Below are positions 50,802 through 60,874 of a DNA stretch of 64,000 nt, one piece after another. Position 1 is the first letter of the stretch, and each line of letters opens with the position of its first letter. Position numbers and translations under genes: made by a program. This DNA comes from an uncultured Bacteroidaceae bacterium (GTDB lineage Bacteria; Bacteroidota; Bacteroidia; Bacteroidales; GCA-2748055). The DNA is taken from assembly GCA_964538375.1 (NCBI GenBank), contig CAZIFQ010000004.1, positions 41,529-105,528 of the forward strand, written 5' to 3'. A model generated the notes under the pieces. The model was given only the letters and a program-made list of their open reading frames with translations, did no database searches and was not told the origin of the DNA.

Positions 50802-51545
50802 CTGCTTCATGAAGCCTTGCCTCTTCAATACCGAGAGTAAGGTATTCGAAAAAGCTACATTATCGGCTTTCTTATACCTGACATCGGTAAATACCTGCGC
50901 CAGGGATTCGAGCTTGTTCTCTTTAACAAACTGAATGTTTTCTGCTAACTCTTCTTTCGCGCTGTATAACTCATCGATTTTTTCTGAAGTATAATCCTGG
51001 TATTTTTCATAATGAACAACTGCATCCAATGGCAGACGGTCAGTCAGTTTTGGATTTTCATCCGGATATCCTAGCGTTACCGTAGTAACCGGGATCACAC
51101 CTTCAGGAAGATCGAGGATATCGATGATCTTTTCTGCCATGTAAATGGTTGTTCCCAGGTAGCATATTCCAAGTCCTTCATTTTCAGCTGCTATGCATAC
51201 ATTCTGTGCAACTAACAAAGCATCAATGGCTCCTGTGACAAAAGAAAGGAAGTTATCGTATCCGGGTTCCGCCTTTCTTTGCTTGCACCATAGGTTAAAG
51301 CGATTGTAATCTGCACAAAATGTGAGGACTACGGGTGCCTCTCTTATCATTGGCTGGTTGAAGTGACAGGGTGATAATTCATCCTTTATCTCCTGCTCCG
51401 TAGTGGCAATGATAGAATATACCTGCATATTTCCGGTGGTAGATGCCCGGGTGCCTGAATACAATATCTCTGATAATAACTCCTCTTTAATAGGGGTCGT
51501 CTTATATTTTCTGATGGTCCTGTGCTGGTTCAACATGCTTGTCAT
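50799..51545 (-). CDS. nitroreductase-family NAD(P)H oxidoreductase
   Basis: 248-aa ORF. N-terminal HRTIRKY motif and nitroreductase-fold layout. Confidence 0.8.
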   Translation of the reverse strand: MTSMLNQHRTIRKYKTTPIKEELLSEILYSGTRASTTGNMQVYSIIATTEQEIKDELSPCHFNQPMIREAPVVLTFCADYNRFNLWCKQRKAEPGYDNFLSFVTGAIDALLVAQNVCIAAENEGLGICYLGTTIYMAEKIIDILDLPEGVIPVTTVTLGYPDENPKLTDRLPLDAVVHYEKYQDYTSEKIDELYSAKEELAENIQFVKENKLESLAQVFTDVRYKKADNVAFSNTLLSVLKRQGFMKQ

Positions 51546-51604
51546 TTCTCAAATTTTTGCTAAAAATAGTGATTTCTATGATATGCATGAACACTTATTT
51601 CAGA

Positions 51605-52165
51605 CTATGTTATTAAATAATTAACTAAAGTTTCCTTGTTGATAAGATATTGATAATGAGATGAATGCCCCCACACTGAGAAAGCATTATAAGGAGCAAT
51701 GATCAGAATATCTTCTTGCTGTAGCTGTTTTGACACCCCATCTCTGTCAATCCAGGTTATTTTTTCAGACATAAGATGCTTGACAATTTTCACAATTTAC
51801 TCAACTTCTTCTTTGGATTGACTTTGATTTCCGAAATGATCCACCGGTACGTAAAAAGGACCGCTACCACCAAATGGGATATTTCCTTCCAGTTTTTGGA
51901 TTTCAAGACCTTCTCTTTCCTCCATCAATTCATTAGGTTCAAGGTCGAGTAACCTAAAATATTCCCACCAAGCACTTCTCATTTCTCTACGATAAAACTC
52001 AACCTGGTGTGCCAAAAGCCATTTCGTTTGTTCCTCATTACCCCAATCAGCAGGATCGTCAGGCAGATCATTGACAAGTCCATCATATAGTATTCTTGCA
52101 TGTTCCTCTCTTTCTGCAATATGGTCTGCTGCATCCCCAGTTGAATCTTCTAATCTTTTTAGGGC
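51605..52165 (-). pseudogene. decayed remnant of a large RecB-like nuclease / SF1 helicase gene
   Basis: Two short frames. 52165-51797 has no ATG and contains EFYRREMRSAWWEYF, as in TM0106-type RecB-like nuclease-helicases. 51793-51605 contains DILIIAPYNA (SF1 helicase motif) and then diverges. Intact homologues are over 1000 aa. Confidence 0.5.
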
Positions 52166-52386
52166 TTAGTTCCCCGAAGCTCTGCTTCGAATAAAGGATT
52201 GTTTTAATACCTCGTCAGCTTTGCTGCGAGGTAGTTTATTTTTACTCTCCGACTGCTTTGTAGGTATTACAGGTTATTCCTTCTGTAAAAAAAACCTTAC
52301 CTTGTACTTCATATTTGATAAATGGTTCACTGTTTACTGGTAAGAGTGTGACTTTTTCACCTGATATTCTACATGAAATATAAGAT

Positions 52387-54375
52387 ATGTTTCGAGTTAA
52401 AAATAAGCTGAGATTTCTTACCCTCCTTGTAATTCTTTTACCCGGTATTTTGAAAGCCCAGATTACGGCTCTTGTAGCCTCATCTGAAATGTCGCGGGGA
52501 ATTAACATGGGGAATACCATGGAACCACCTCTGGAGAGTGCCTGGAATAACGGGCCGGCGCAGGAAGACTATTTCGATATGTACAAGAATGCTGGGTTTA
52601 AAACTGTACGCATACCAGTTCGATGGGACGAACATACCAGCATAGTTTCGCCATATACCATCGATGCTGCCTGGCTTAACAGGGTAGAGGAAGTAGTAGA
52701 CTGGGCCCTTGGGCGCGACTTTTATGTTATTATTAATGCCCACCACGATGATTGGCTAAAAACCGATTATAGTAATCAGAAAAACCGTATGGACAGCATC
52801 TGGGCACAGATATCACAGCATTTTAAAGACAAGCCCGAAAACCTTTTCTTCGAAATGCTTAACGAACCACGGACCTCTGATCATGAAGGGCTTACACAGG
52901 ATGAACTCGATGGGTTTAATGCTCGCACGCTTGGCATTATCCGAAAAACAAATCCTACCCGTATTGTTATTTTTGCTGGCAAAGGATGGAGTAGTTCCGA
53001 CGATTTGAAAAATACTCTGGTTCCCGATCCTGACGATTCCTACCTGATGGCTAGCTATCATTCTTACGACCCATGGAATTTTGCCGGTACCGGAAACGGT
53101 ACATGGGGCAGTCAGGCAGACATTAACCAGATGGCGCAGCAAATGATCGGTGTGAAGATCTGGGGCGACCAGAGGAATGTACCTGTACTTATCGGTGAGT
53201 TTGGGGCCCTGAAGAAATGTGATTACAATTCGCGCATGCGTTACTATGCTAATTATGCCCGCCTGGCAGTAAAATATGGCCTGGCTTTTACGGTTTGGGA
53301 TGACGGTGGGGATTTTGAGGTTTTACAACGTGAAGATTTATCCTGGAACGAATTGAAGGACATTCTCATTTATGCCTCTGATACTACCGCAACTGCGCTC
53401 ATTATTGCAGCGGTGGAAGATTCGCTGGTACGACTCACCTGGGAAAGCCCTGGAGAACACCACATAAAAACCATTGTGGAGCGAAAAACACAGGATACAG
53501 AATTTGAATTCTTGAAAGAAATCGTTGCGGACATAACTACCTTTACCGACTCTTCGGCTGCATGGGATATTAATTATTATTATCGGTTGCTGGAAGTTTA
53601 TGCCAACGACAGTATTCCTTCATATCCGGCTAGCATTAGTTTGTTGTCCAACAAAAGAGAACCCTTTGGCGGACAGGCCATTCCCATCCCTGGAACATTT
53701 GAAGCAGAGGATTTTGACATCGGACAGGAGGGTGTTTGTTACCACGACATTGATGTGCAGAATATTACCGGAGCCTATCGTACTGATGTAGGTGTTGATA
53801 TTGAAGCCCGCAGCAGCGGAGGTTTTCACATTTCCTATGTTGAACCGGGGGAATGGCTGGAATACACCATTAATGTGGCCGCGGACGGTTTATACGATAT
53901 TACTGCTTATGTGGCTTCTTTGAAAGGGGGCGGCTCAATTCAATACCAGTTCGGAGCCGTTACCACTCCTCTGTCAATTATTCCCATAACCAGTAACTGG
54001 GAAACACTGGCAACAACTCGGGTAAGTACCGAGCTTGAAGCCGGAGAACAGATCATGCGACTGAAGATTATCAGTAAACCTGCTTTTAATATCGATAAAA
54101 TTGAAATTAGCCAGGGCGTATCTGTTCGCAGTCAAACAATAGAAACAAGCCGGCTGTTTCCTAACCCGGTAAGGCGAACTCTATATCTGAAGGCAGCCAG
54201 TCAGATAAAGAGCCTTTGGATTACCGATGTATGTGGAAGAACTATTGCGAAGTATACTATCAATGCATATGAAACGGAGTATAACATGCAGGGGCTTCAC
54301 AGCGGCATGTATATTTTTCATTTACAATTTGATAAGCATACAGAAACAATTCGTATTTTAAAATCTTCGGAATAA
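52387..54375 (+). CDS. secreted GH5 glycoside hydrolase with CBM6-like module and T9SS C-terminal sorting domain
   Basis: 662-aa ORF. Signal peptide, GH5 acid/base FEMLNEP and nucleophile LIGEFG, Ig-like linker, CBM6-like region (FEAEDFD...GEWLEY), and a Por/T9SS tail (LFPNPV...LHSGMYIF). Confidence 0.85.
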   Translation: MFRVKNKLRFLTLLVILLPGILKAQITALVASSEMSRGINMGNTMEPPLESAWNNGPAQEDYFDMYKNAGFKTVRIPVRWDEHTSIVSPYTIDAAWLNRVEEVVDWALGRDFYVIINAHHDDWLKTDYSNQKNRMDSIWAQISQHFKDKPENLFFEMLNEPRTSDHEGLTQDELDGFNARTLGIIRKTNPTRIVIFAGKGWSSSDDLKNTLVPDPDDSYLMASYHSYDPWNFAGTGNGTWGSQADINQMAQQMIGVKIWGDQRNVPVLIGEFGALKKCDYNSRMRYYANYARLAVKYGLAFTVWDDGGDFEVLQREDLSWNELKDILIYASDTTATALIIAAVEDSLVRLTWESPGEHHIKTIVERKTQDTEFEFLKEIVADITTFTDSSAAWDINYYYRLLEVYANDSIPSYPASISLLSNKREPFGGQAIPIPGTFEAEDFDIGQEGVCYHDIDVQNITGAYRTDVGVDIEARSSGGFHISYVEPGEWLEYTINVAADGLYDITAYVASLKGGGSIQYQFGAVTTPLSIIPITSNWETLATTRVSTELEAGEQIMRLKIISKPAFNIDKIEISQGVSVRSQTIETSRLFPNPVRRTLYLKAASQIKSLWITDVCGRTIAKYTINAYETEYNMQGLHSGMYIFHLQFDKHTETIRILKSSE

Positions 54376-54433
54376 TCGTGCTGCTGGCATTGCCTATGTT
54401 ATATTGGAATTGCATAATAGCTATCTCGAAAGT

Positions 54434-57400
54434 ATGAAGCTGACCATACTGCAAATATTCTTTCTGCTGCTCGTGCTGTCAGTAAGAACATTTGCTATTG
54501 ACGATAATCATACTTTTCGGCGGATGACCATCGAAGATGGCCTGTCGAACAGTAACGTTAACTGTTTTGCTCAGGATAGCACAGGATTCATCTGGATTGG
54601 TACTGAGAATGGCCTTAACCGCTTCGATGGTTATACATTTACGCAGTACTTCAGCGATGTTAATAAGCAGAATGCGCTCTTAAGCAATGAAATACTTAGC
54701 TTGTTGGTCGATTCGGAAGGTACTTTATGGCTTGGGTCTTTCCAGGGATTGTACCGTTATAGCAGGCAATCTGACAATTTTATTCTAATTGATCTGGAGA
54801 GTGTTAGCATCTTTAATTCTGTGATGCAGATCTATTCCATTTTTGAGGATCATGAAGGTACTTTATGGCTTGGTACAGCCGGTAATGGTTTGATAAAATA
54901 CAATAAAGAGACAGGTGAAGCTTCGAGCTATTATGCAGATGAGAACAAGCCGAATTCCATAAGTAGCAACTTTGTATTTTTTATTACCGAGGATAAAAAA
55001 GGAAACTTTTGGATAGGTACCACTGACAATGGCCTGGATGTGTTCAATCCGGAAACAGGGATGTTTTTCAATCATAAACCCATTAAAAATGACAATAATC
55101 AACAGAATGTAAATGCGGTTCTGAAGATATTCAATCTGAATGACAGTACCTATCTTATTGGAACACGTGCAGATGGCATCTTTTCTTTTAATATCCATAC
55201 GGAATCTTTCCACCCTTACACCATTGAATGTAAAGACGATTATCGCTCCATAAGTCCATATGAAGTTTACGAGATTTTCAGGGATAGTAAAAATAACTTA
55301 TGGATATCTGTTCATGGTCAGGGGCTGTATTTTAAGCGAGCTGATTTATCTTACTTTACACGTATTGAATATTCAGCTACAAATCTCAATGGTCTGATAA
55401 ATAATAATGTACGTAGCATTTTGGAAGATGCACAGGGGAACCTGTGGATTGCTTCGTTTCAGGGGGGCGTTAATTTTCTACCGAATAAAATTGAAAATTT
55501 CGATTCGTATCAGCTCATTGATCAGAATTCAAATTACGTAAGTACCACAGTAAATGCCATTGTAAGTGATGAAAACAGAAATGTCTGGGTAGGTACGGAT
55601 GGATCCGGACTCAAATACATCAATAAACTGAGCAAGCAGGTAAGGCATTACTATCCTGACAATAACCCTGAATCAAGTATTCCCGATAAGGTAATTATGT
55701 CTCTTTTGCTGGATGGGAATGAGCTTTGGATGGGTACTTATCTGGGTGGGCTTAGCAGAATGAATGTAAAAACAAGAACATTTAAAAACTACATTGCCAC
55801 TGGACAGGATGGAGCAATAAGTGCGAATTTTGTTACCTGCATTTATAAAAGTAAAAAAGGCGATATCTGGATCGGGACAAACAGTGGCGGGCTGAATAAA
55901 TATAATAAACACACCGACAGCTTTTCTCATTTCGTTGGAAGAAATGGATCGGGCGAGGAGAGTTTAACCAATAATTACATTAATACCATAGCCGAAGATA
56001 ACAATGGTCGCCTGTGGCTTGGCACTTACTGGGGGCTGAGTGTTTTTGATCCGCTAAATGGCATGTTTATTAACTATTTACGTGATCCGGAGGTGCAGAA
56101 TACCTTAAGCAACAATATAATTTACGATATTCTGATTTCATCCAGAAATGAAGTATGGATAGGTACCAGGGATGGTTTAAATAAATTTATTCCAAGGCGT
56201 AATGCCTTTCAGTCTTTCAACCTGTCCGACGGCCTGGCAGGTAATGTAATATACGGCATTGAAGAAGATGAAGAGGGCAATCTCTGGATAAGCACCAATA
56301 ATGGTTTGTGTAATCTTAGCACTATTACTTTTCAAACCAGGAACTACCATAGTAACGACGGATTATTAAGCAATGAATTTTTCAGGCATTCATCGCATAA
56401 AGCATCAGATGGCGAGTTGTACTTTGGCGGGATTAACGGATTAAACTCCTTTAATCCTAAAAATATTCAGGAGAATTATTCCATTCCAGTTCCTAAAATC
56501 ACCCAGTTCCGTGTTTTTAATCAGGTGATACAGCCAGGTGATACCATAGACGGAATACGTATTTTAAAGGAGTCGATTTGGCTGGTAGATACAGTAATAC
56601 TTAAGCGCCGGTTTAACAGTTTTGGATTCGAATTCTCGGCCATGGATTACATTCAGTCCGTGAGAAATTCCTATCGATGTAAAATGGAAGGCTTTGATAA
56701 TGATTGGCGCGAAATGAATTATGCGCAACGATTCGTAACCTATACAAACCTCAATGCCGGAACCTATACCTTCAGGTTAAAAGCGTCGAGTATCGAAAAC
56801 CGGTGGAATGATACGGAAAAGCAGCTGACCATTATTATTACACCTCCCGTTTACCGGACCTGGTGGGCTTACAGTATTTATTTCATATTATTTGTCGCCG
56901 GCCTTCTGTTAATATGGCGCATTGTACTTCGTCGGGTTAACCTGCGAAATCAAATCAAATTAGAGCGTATGGAAAGCATGAAAATGAAGGAGATTAATCA
57001 GGCAAAGCTCCAGTTTTTTACAAATATTTCGCACGAATTCAGAACACCTATAACCTTAATACTTGGTCCTTTGAGTAAGATGCAGAACGATAATTCGCTC
57101 CTTAAGAAGTATGGCGACGGTGTCGATCTAATGATCAAAAATTCAAAACGTTTATTAAGGCTGGTGAATCAACTAATGGACCTCAGGAAAATAGAAACAG
57201 GAAAAATGCGCCTGAAAACTGAGCATGCAGATATAATCCTCTTTTTGCAGGATGTATTTGACACCTTCAGGCAACTGGCTGAAAAACAAAATATTGACTT
57301 TAAATTCATTTCATATACAGAATTTAAGCACATCTGGTTCGATCCGGATAAAATCGATAAAATTATCTTCAACCTCCTGTCCAATGCTTTTAAATTTACT

Positions 57401-58570
57401 CCCGAATATGGTGAGATCGAACTGATAATCGAAGAGGAGGATGGAATCGATCAAAAGAAATGGCTGCGTATTGCTGTAAAGGACTCTGGTAAGGGTATTC
57501 TTGAAGAAGAACAGAATAAAGTATTTGAACGCTTTTTCCAGACAAGCGATCGTACAATGGCTTCCAGTGCAGGATCGGGTGTGGGGCTATCGCTCACCCG
57601 CAGCTTGGTTGAACAACACTATGGTGAGATTCATTTAAAATCGGAAGAGGGTAGGGGGGCCGAGTTCATCATCCTGCTTCCAATCGATGAAAAAACGTAC
57701 AGCGACGAAGAGAAATTCTCTCCAGAGGTTCCCGGTGTAAACAAGTACATTCACAACGAACCCTTTGAAACTATTAATGAAGAGCTGATAGTGAAGCTGA
57801 GTGTTAACAAGGATCAGTCCATACTGATTGTAGAAGACAATCCCGATCTCCGCTCTTATTTGAAAAATGAACTGGTTGATTTCTATAATGTATACGAAGC
57901 CGCCAACGGAAAAGAAGGTTTTGATATGGCCCTGAATAAGGTTCCCGATTTAATTATTAGCGATGTGTTGATGCCCGAAATGGATGGCCTGGAAATGTGC
58001 CGGCTGGTAAAAATGCATTTTTTAACCAATCATATTCCTGTAATATTGCTTACTGCCCGGGCGTCCATGGAACACCGCATAAAAGGAATTGAATATGGTG
58101 CTGATTCTTACATTCCCAAACCTTTCAACTTGCAACATTTACGGATCCGCATTAAGAAACTGCTAGAATTGCGTAGTGTGCTTAAATCAAAGTATGCAAA
58201 CAATATAGATTCTGATGGATCCATTTCGGTTATGGAAGAAAACCAGTATTTGAAAGTGCTGAACGAATATATCCTGGACAAGATCGATGATTTGAGCCTG
58301 AACATTGAGGGTATATGCAAAGACCTTGGGATCAGTCGTGCACATTTTTATCGGAAAATTAAGCTAATGACCGGAAAAAGCCCCTCAGAATATATTCGAA
58401 TGATCCGCTTAAATGAGGCTGCAAAAATTCTTTCAACAGAAAATTATTCCATAAGTGAAGTGGGTTACAAAGTTGGTTTTAATTCCCCTTCTTACTTTTC
58501 AATATCGTTTAAAAAACAGTTTAAGCTAAACCCTGTTGAATTTGCCAAAAGAAGAAAAGGTGCTGAATGA
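54434..58570 (+). CDS. hybrid two-component system sensor kinase/response regulator with AraC HTH (HTCS)
   Basis: Start moved to ATG 54434 (signal/TM). Periplasmic two-propeller + Y_Y_Y region, TM helix, HisKA (FFTNISHEFRTP), HATPase, REC (DLIISDVLMPEMDG), AraC-type HTH. Confidence 0.92.
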   Translation: MKLTILQIFFLLLVLSVRTFAIDDNHTFRRMTIEDGLSNSNVNCFAQDSTGFIWIGTENGLNRFDGYTFTQYFSDVNKQNALLSNEILSLLVDSEGTLWLGSFQGLYRYSRQSDNFILIDLESVSIFNSVMQIYSIFEDHEGTLWLGTAGNGLIKYNKETGEASSYYADENKPNSISSNFVFFITEDKKGNFWIGTTDNGLDVFNPETGMFFNHKPIKNDNNQQNVNAVLKIFNLNDSTYLIGTRADGIFSFNIHTESFHPYTIECKDDYRSISPYEVYEIFRDSKNNLWISVHGQGLYFKRADLSYFTRIEYSATNLNGLINNNVRSILEDAQGNLWIASFQGGVNFLPNKIENFDSYQLIDQNSNYVSTTVNAIVSDENRNVWVGTDGSGLKYINKLSKQVRHYYPDNNPESSIPDKVIMSLLLDGNELWMGTYLGGLSRMNVKTRTFKNYIATGQDGAISANFVTCIYKSKKGDIWIGTNSGGLNKYNKHTDSFSHFVGRNGSGEESLTNNYINTIAEDNNGRLWLGTYWGLSVFDPLNGMFINYLRDPEVQNTLSNNIIYDILISSRNEVWIGTRDGLNKFIPRRNAFQSFNLSDGLAGNVIYGIEEDEEGNLWISTNNGLCNLSTITFQTRNYHSNDGLLSNEFFRHSSHKASDGELYFGGINGLNSFNPKNIQENYSIPVPKITQFRVFNQVIQPGDTIDGIRILKESIWLVDTVILKRRFNSFGFEFSAMDYIQSVRNSYRCKMEGFDNDWREMNYAQRFVTYTNLNAGTYTFRLKASSIENRWNDTEKQLTIIITPPVYRTWWAYSIYFILFVAGLLLIWRIVLRRVNLRNQIKLERMESMKMKEINQAKLQFFTNISHEFRTPITLILGPLSKMQNDNSLLKKYGDGVDLMIKNSKRLLRLVNQLMDLRKIETGKMRLKTEHADIILFLQDVFDTFRQLAEKQNIDFKFISYTEFKHIWFDPDKIDKIIFNLLSNAFKFTPEYGEIELIIEEEDGIDQKKWLRIAVKDSGKGILEEEQNKVFERFFQTSDRTMASSAGSGVGLSLTRSLVEQHYGEIHLKSEEGRGAEFIILLPIDEKTYSDEEKFSPEVPGVNKYIHNEPFETINEELIVKLSVNKDQSILIVEDNPDLRSYLKNELVDFYNVYEAANGKEGFDMALNKVPDLIISDVLMPEMDGLEMCRLVKMHFLTNHIPVILLTARASMEHRIKGIEYGADSYIPKPFNLQHLRIRIKKLLELRSVLKSKYANNIDSDGSISVMEENQYLKVLNEYILDKIDDLSLNIEGICKDLGISRAHFYRKIKLMTGKSPSEYIRMIRLNEAAKILSTENYSISEVGYKVGFNSPSYFSISFKKQFKLNPVEFAKRRKGAE

Positions 58571-58580
58571 TCATTTTGCT

Positions 58581-59225
58581 CTAGTGTTCTGAGAATTTCT
58601 CAAAGCCGGCAGCCAGCTCATATTCATTCTTAAATTTTAAGTGGTTTTCAAGCATTATCTGCCTGAGCTTTTTCTTTTCATCTTCAGAGAAATTTGTAAG
58701 AATAGCCCTTTTCTTGAAACGAACCTCGTGCATGAGTCCGTCTTTTCGAAGGTAATACTGGTAGCGCTTAACAAAATCATCGCTCGTTTTCAGATAAGTG
58801 ACTTTCCGGTGACAATAAAACGATAGCTTCCCTTCTGCTAATACTTCCAGAAAAATACTGTGGTGTTGTAGGCCGCTCGTATCGCCATACTGCACAAAAT
58901 GCAGACTATCACCAGCTTCCGTAATAATTTTAAATGCTGCTATACTTTCCTTTATCACAATGCCGGTTTTGAAATCCGATTCGCGCAACCAGAGCAAGTC
59001 GTCTTTCCTGCTATGATAACGCAAAAGACAATTACTTGCTTTTTGTCCATTTGTAAAATGTATTTCCCCCCTGTTCCAGTTGTTGTAATATTGATCTTTT
59101 CTCCCCGGGAATTCATCCACGAAAGCAATCGCAGTAATGGGTGCGTTCTGAGCATCCTGCCCCGGCAGCATATTTGAGACCAGGAGCCCAAGTATTCCAA
59201 TGCATATGTTTATTCTCAGGTTCAT
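58581..59225 (-). CDS. hypothetical secreted protein (214 aa)
   Basis: ATG 59225 lies 1 nt after the upstream stop (the track start 59237 is TTG). Signal peptide; no family recognised. Confidence 0.55.
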   Translation of the reverse strand: MNLRINICIGILGLLVSNMLPGQDAQNAPITAIAFVDEFPGRKDQYYNNWNRGEIHFTNGQKASNCLLRYHSRKDDLLWLRESDFKTGIVIKESIAAFKIITEAGDSLHFVQYGDTSGLQHHSIFLEVLAEGKLSFYCHRKVTYLKTSDDFVKRYQYYLRKDGLMHEVRFKKRAILTNFSEDEKKKLRQIMLENHLKFKNEYELAAGFEKFSEH

Positions 59226-59226
59226 T

Positions 59227-60855
59227 CTAAAATACAATAAGCTTCTGATAACTATATGGTTTGTTATTTATTAATCCATTCATACGCAAGCAGTAAGTGT
59301 TTCCTATATCGGGTTTGCGAAGCTTTATGGTTATGGATTTTTCTCCCTTTAATTCCATCTGAGGGTTCCAATAAATGTTATTCTCCGTTAAAGGTTCGTT
59401 TTCGGGCTTCAGACATATCCCGGACGCTGCCTGGTGAAAATTGTTATCAAAGCGATAAACAGCGCTGCAAAACATCTTATCTGTTACCCCTTTATTGAAA
59501 GTGTAAATACTAATGATTCCCTGGTAGCTTAGCTCACCATGCATGACTCTATGGCTAAACAACTCAATGCGTTCAATATCTTTCGAATGAAGTGTGCTTA
59601 AATAGGAAAGGTTGAGGCAGGGAATTCCGTTAAGAAAAACCAGGGATTTACCATAAATCACTTTGTTATTCATAACCATACCCAATTGTATGCCCTCCTC
59701 GGTTTCTCTGTAGCGTACCGGGGGCAATATATTGTTGCAAATATCCTCGAAATCATCCAGTTCAATAAAATCTGAAGGCCTGATAATCATTGAGGGTGTT
59801 TGGAAAAAATTAGGCTTCGATTTACCGGATATCTTTTCATTTACCTTTTGATCCTTACGATAAATACGGCTGATTAATTCTCTTGTTTTAAGCTGGCTTA
59901 AATACGCTTTTTGTGCCCTGTCCAGTGGGACTGGTTCAAGGGAATTCTCATCATTATTTATATTATTCCCGTCCATAAGCCAGGCTACATTAATAGCACA
60001 ATCGCCCTCTGCCAGTTGCAAATAGCATTCGCGGTTATCGTAGTCAGCCTGAACCATGAAGCAAAAAGCCCCGGTACTGTCTGTTCTGGTATATAAGAAG
60101 TTTGCAGTAGTATCGGCAAATGACAAAAAGACCAGCTTGTTTGCAAGATCCTTCGAATCCGGGAGCTGAACCAGCTTGCCCCTGATTGTTTTTCCCTGTC
60201 TTTCAGCTGGGGTAATTGCGTAGCTCTGCTTCTTTGAATTTAGCAAAAACTGCTCGTATGTCTCAGAAAATGATGCTGTTTGAAGAAGTGAATCCAGGGG
60301 TGATACCTGGTTCAGGGAAACAGATAAACCAGCCATTTGAAGCTCTTCGGTAAATCGAAGTTCCAGAATACCAGATTCTGCATTGTATGCGGAATTCATT
60401 AGGCCTGTATTATCCCGGGTGGGTATATCCGACTGTTGAATTACCAGAACACTATCGGGAACAATGTCTTGCAGAAGCTGAATAAATACCCGGGTCTTAA
60501 AGATCATATCAGCGGGGTACGACAGCATACTCCGGGTATAGGCACGCAGATCATATATTCCGCTTTCTATCTCCATGGGGATACTGATACGCATGCTGTT
60601 AGAAGCGTCAGCGGCTATTTTCTCCTGCCATTGGTGTACGCTTGTTCCGCTATTATCTATCAGATCAAAATAGATGATTCGACTTTGTTGTTCTTTGTCG
60701 GTGTTTACTATGTAAGTGGAATAATGAAGGTCACTGCCTGTGAATAAAAGATGACTGCTGAGATGGACATACACCATTTCCTGCGGCATTACCCTGGCGG
60801 CAGACAACAGCAACACCACCAGTATGCAAGCTCTATGTGAAATCTTCTTTTTCAA
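59227..60855 (-). CDS. hypothetical secreted protein with MG2-like, CarboxypepD_reg-like and degenerate plug-like segments, no barrel
   Basis: 542-aa ORF with a signal peptide. VYVHLSSHLLFTGSDLHYSTYIV (MG2-like), GKTIRGKLV...TDSTGAFCF (CarboxypepD_reg-like), DIERIELFSHRVMHGELSYQGIISIYTFNKG (plug-like). Only about 90 aa follow. Confidence 0.5.
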   Translation of the reverse strand: MKKKISHRACILVVLLLSAARVMPQEMVYVHLSSHLLFTGSDLHYSTYIVNTDKEQQSRIIYFDLIDNSGTSVHQWQEKIAADASNSMRISIPMEIESGIYDLRAYTRSMLSYPADMIFKTRVFIQLLQDIVPDSVLVIQQSDIPTRDNTGLMNSAYNAESGILELRFTEELQMAGLSVSLNQVSPLDSLLQTASFSETYEQFLLNSKKQSYAITPAERQGKTIRGKLVQLPDSKDLANKLVFLSFADTTANFLYTRTDSTGAFCFMVQADYDNRECYLQLAEGDCAINVAWLMDGNNINNDENSLEPVPLDRAQKAYLSQLKTRELISRIYRKDQKVNEKISGKSKPNFFQTPSMIIRPSDFIELDDFEDICNNILPPVRYRETEEGIQLGMVMNNKVIYGKSLVFLNGIPCLNLSYLSTLHSKDIERIELFSHRVMHGELSYQGIISIYTFNKGVTDKMFCSAVYRFDNNFHQAASGICLKPENEPLTENNIYWNPQMELKGEKSITIKLRKPDIGNTYCLRMNGLINNKPYSYQKLIVF

Positions 60856-60874
60856 ATTCTCTCCTTTAATCTGC

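Noticed and set aside
52242-52520. 92-aa minus-strand ORF overlapping the GH5 start
   Set aside because: Its N-terminal half is antisense to the GH5 signal peptide and catalytic domain, and it has no start context or motifs. The intergenic tail may be another gene relic, but that cannot be supported.
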